Shown here one piece after another: positions 63,171-64,000 of a stretch of 64,000 bases of DNA. The position numbers were made by a program, and so were the translations under genes. Positions within the stretch are counted from its first letter, which is position 1; every line of letters begins with the position of its first letter. The notes beneath the pieces are model-generated. The model searched no databases. It was given only the letters and a program-made list of their open reading frames with translations, and was not told the origin of the DNA. Origin of the DNA: Podarcis cretensis (taxonomy: Eukaryota). Location: NCBI GenBank assembly GCA_951804945.1, contig OX638153.1:45136001-45200000 (forward strand). The letters are read 5' to 3'.

Positions 63171-63818
63171 CAAAGGGGAGTCTTGTTATCCGGGCAACCC
63201 AAGACCTCCATTCACACTGCCAGGCTTGTGCCTTGTGAGAGGTCACTTTGGTGCTTCAGATGCAGCAAAATCCATTTGACGTTTTAAGATAGGTTGCAAA
63301 GTGCTTAGAATTTTTAAAATCTTTTTTGGAACTGCAAACTGGCATAAAAATCATTTCAATAAATAAATAGACTAAACAAAAAAAAAAGGTTGCAGAATGC
63401 CACTTAGAGCCTGTTTAGATCATTACGATGTGGTGTATCCTTACCTTGACTTGTAAAAGCTGTTTCTATTTCCTGTATTAGTAGTTTTACTAATCACATA
63501 ATATAAAATCTGTAGAATTTGGCATTCACTTCTCAAAAGATAATATCTGATTGTGTCCGTCCATGAGTGGATGACTTCTGCTCATGCAATGGGACTTGCC
63601 TTCCTCTCACCCCCCTTGCAGCCTTCATATCCCCCCAAAATTTGATTCAGAAGGGGTCTCAGCCCTCTTGAACAGTTTTGGAACATGTGTGGGATGCTAT
63701 AGGAGAGAAAAGAGGCAAGGAGTTCCCGCTGCAGAAACCAAAATCTGTTCACGTGATGTTGGATATCACCCCTTATCTAATTCTCATTTTATTGAGACAG
63801 GAATACATATGTCTGATT

Positions 63819-63940
63819 CATAGAATTGTAGAGTTGGAAGAGATTCCAAGAGTCATCTAGCCCAACCCCGCACAGTGCAGGAATCTCCTGCACACAGTCC
63901 CCCATCCAGTTTGAAACCACACTGGACCCTGCTTAGCTTT
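63819..63940 (-). mobile_element. 5S-rRNA-derived SINE-like element with the same CR1-type tail
   Basis: Minus strand aagctaagcagggtccagtgtggtttcaaactggatgggggac matches the 5S internal control region (A box to C box). It is followed by agattcctgcactgtgcggggttgggctagatgac...acaattctatg. Confidence 0.65.
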
Positions 63941-64000
63941 GCAAATGTGCTCCAAGACTCCTGTTCCTCTCTCTTCTCCATCTTCCTCTCTCCACTGGCC

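Overview
Vertebrate genomic DNA from a squamate reptile (the Sauria SINE subfamilies suggest a lacertid lizard). The window lies inside the CTBP2/RIBEYE gene on the + strand. Three exons are unambiguous: the CtBP2-L first coding exon (5549-5709, MALVDKHKVKRQRLDRICEG, carrying the NLS), the large RIBEYE A-domain exon (17620-19336, synaptic-ribbon isoform) and the first shared B-domain exon (61229-61383, IRPQIMNGP...EIHEK). Both upstream exons join the shared exon in phase 1. The rest is intron containing one apparently intact antisense L2-clade LINE (1021-aa endonuclease/RT ORF, tandem 135-bp 5' monomers), four Sauria SINEs, other tRNA- and 5S-derived SINEs, Tc1/mariner and hAT MITEs, old L2 fragments and a 155-N gap. 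No prokaryote-type system is present. The most interesting signals, all hypotheses needing RNA data: (1) a strong AG|GTAAGT recursive-splice-site candidate mid-intron (37660/37661) with a poison RS-exon; (2) a CpG-enriched internal promoter-like region with a phase-1 GC-donor mini first exon (MKLCGV-G); (3) an in-frame 120-nt hydrophobic candidate exon (60290-60409) which, joined to (2), would give CtBP2 a signal-peptide-like N-terminus; (4) a short uORF in the CtBP2-L leader; (5) a CRX/OTX2 + NeuroD motif cluster upstream of the RIBEYE exon; (6) PxDLS-like and RRT CtBP-ligand motifs at the end of the A domain.
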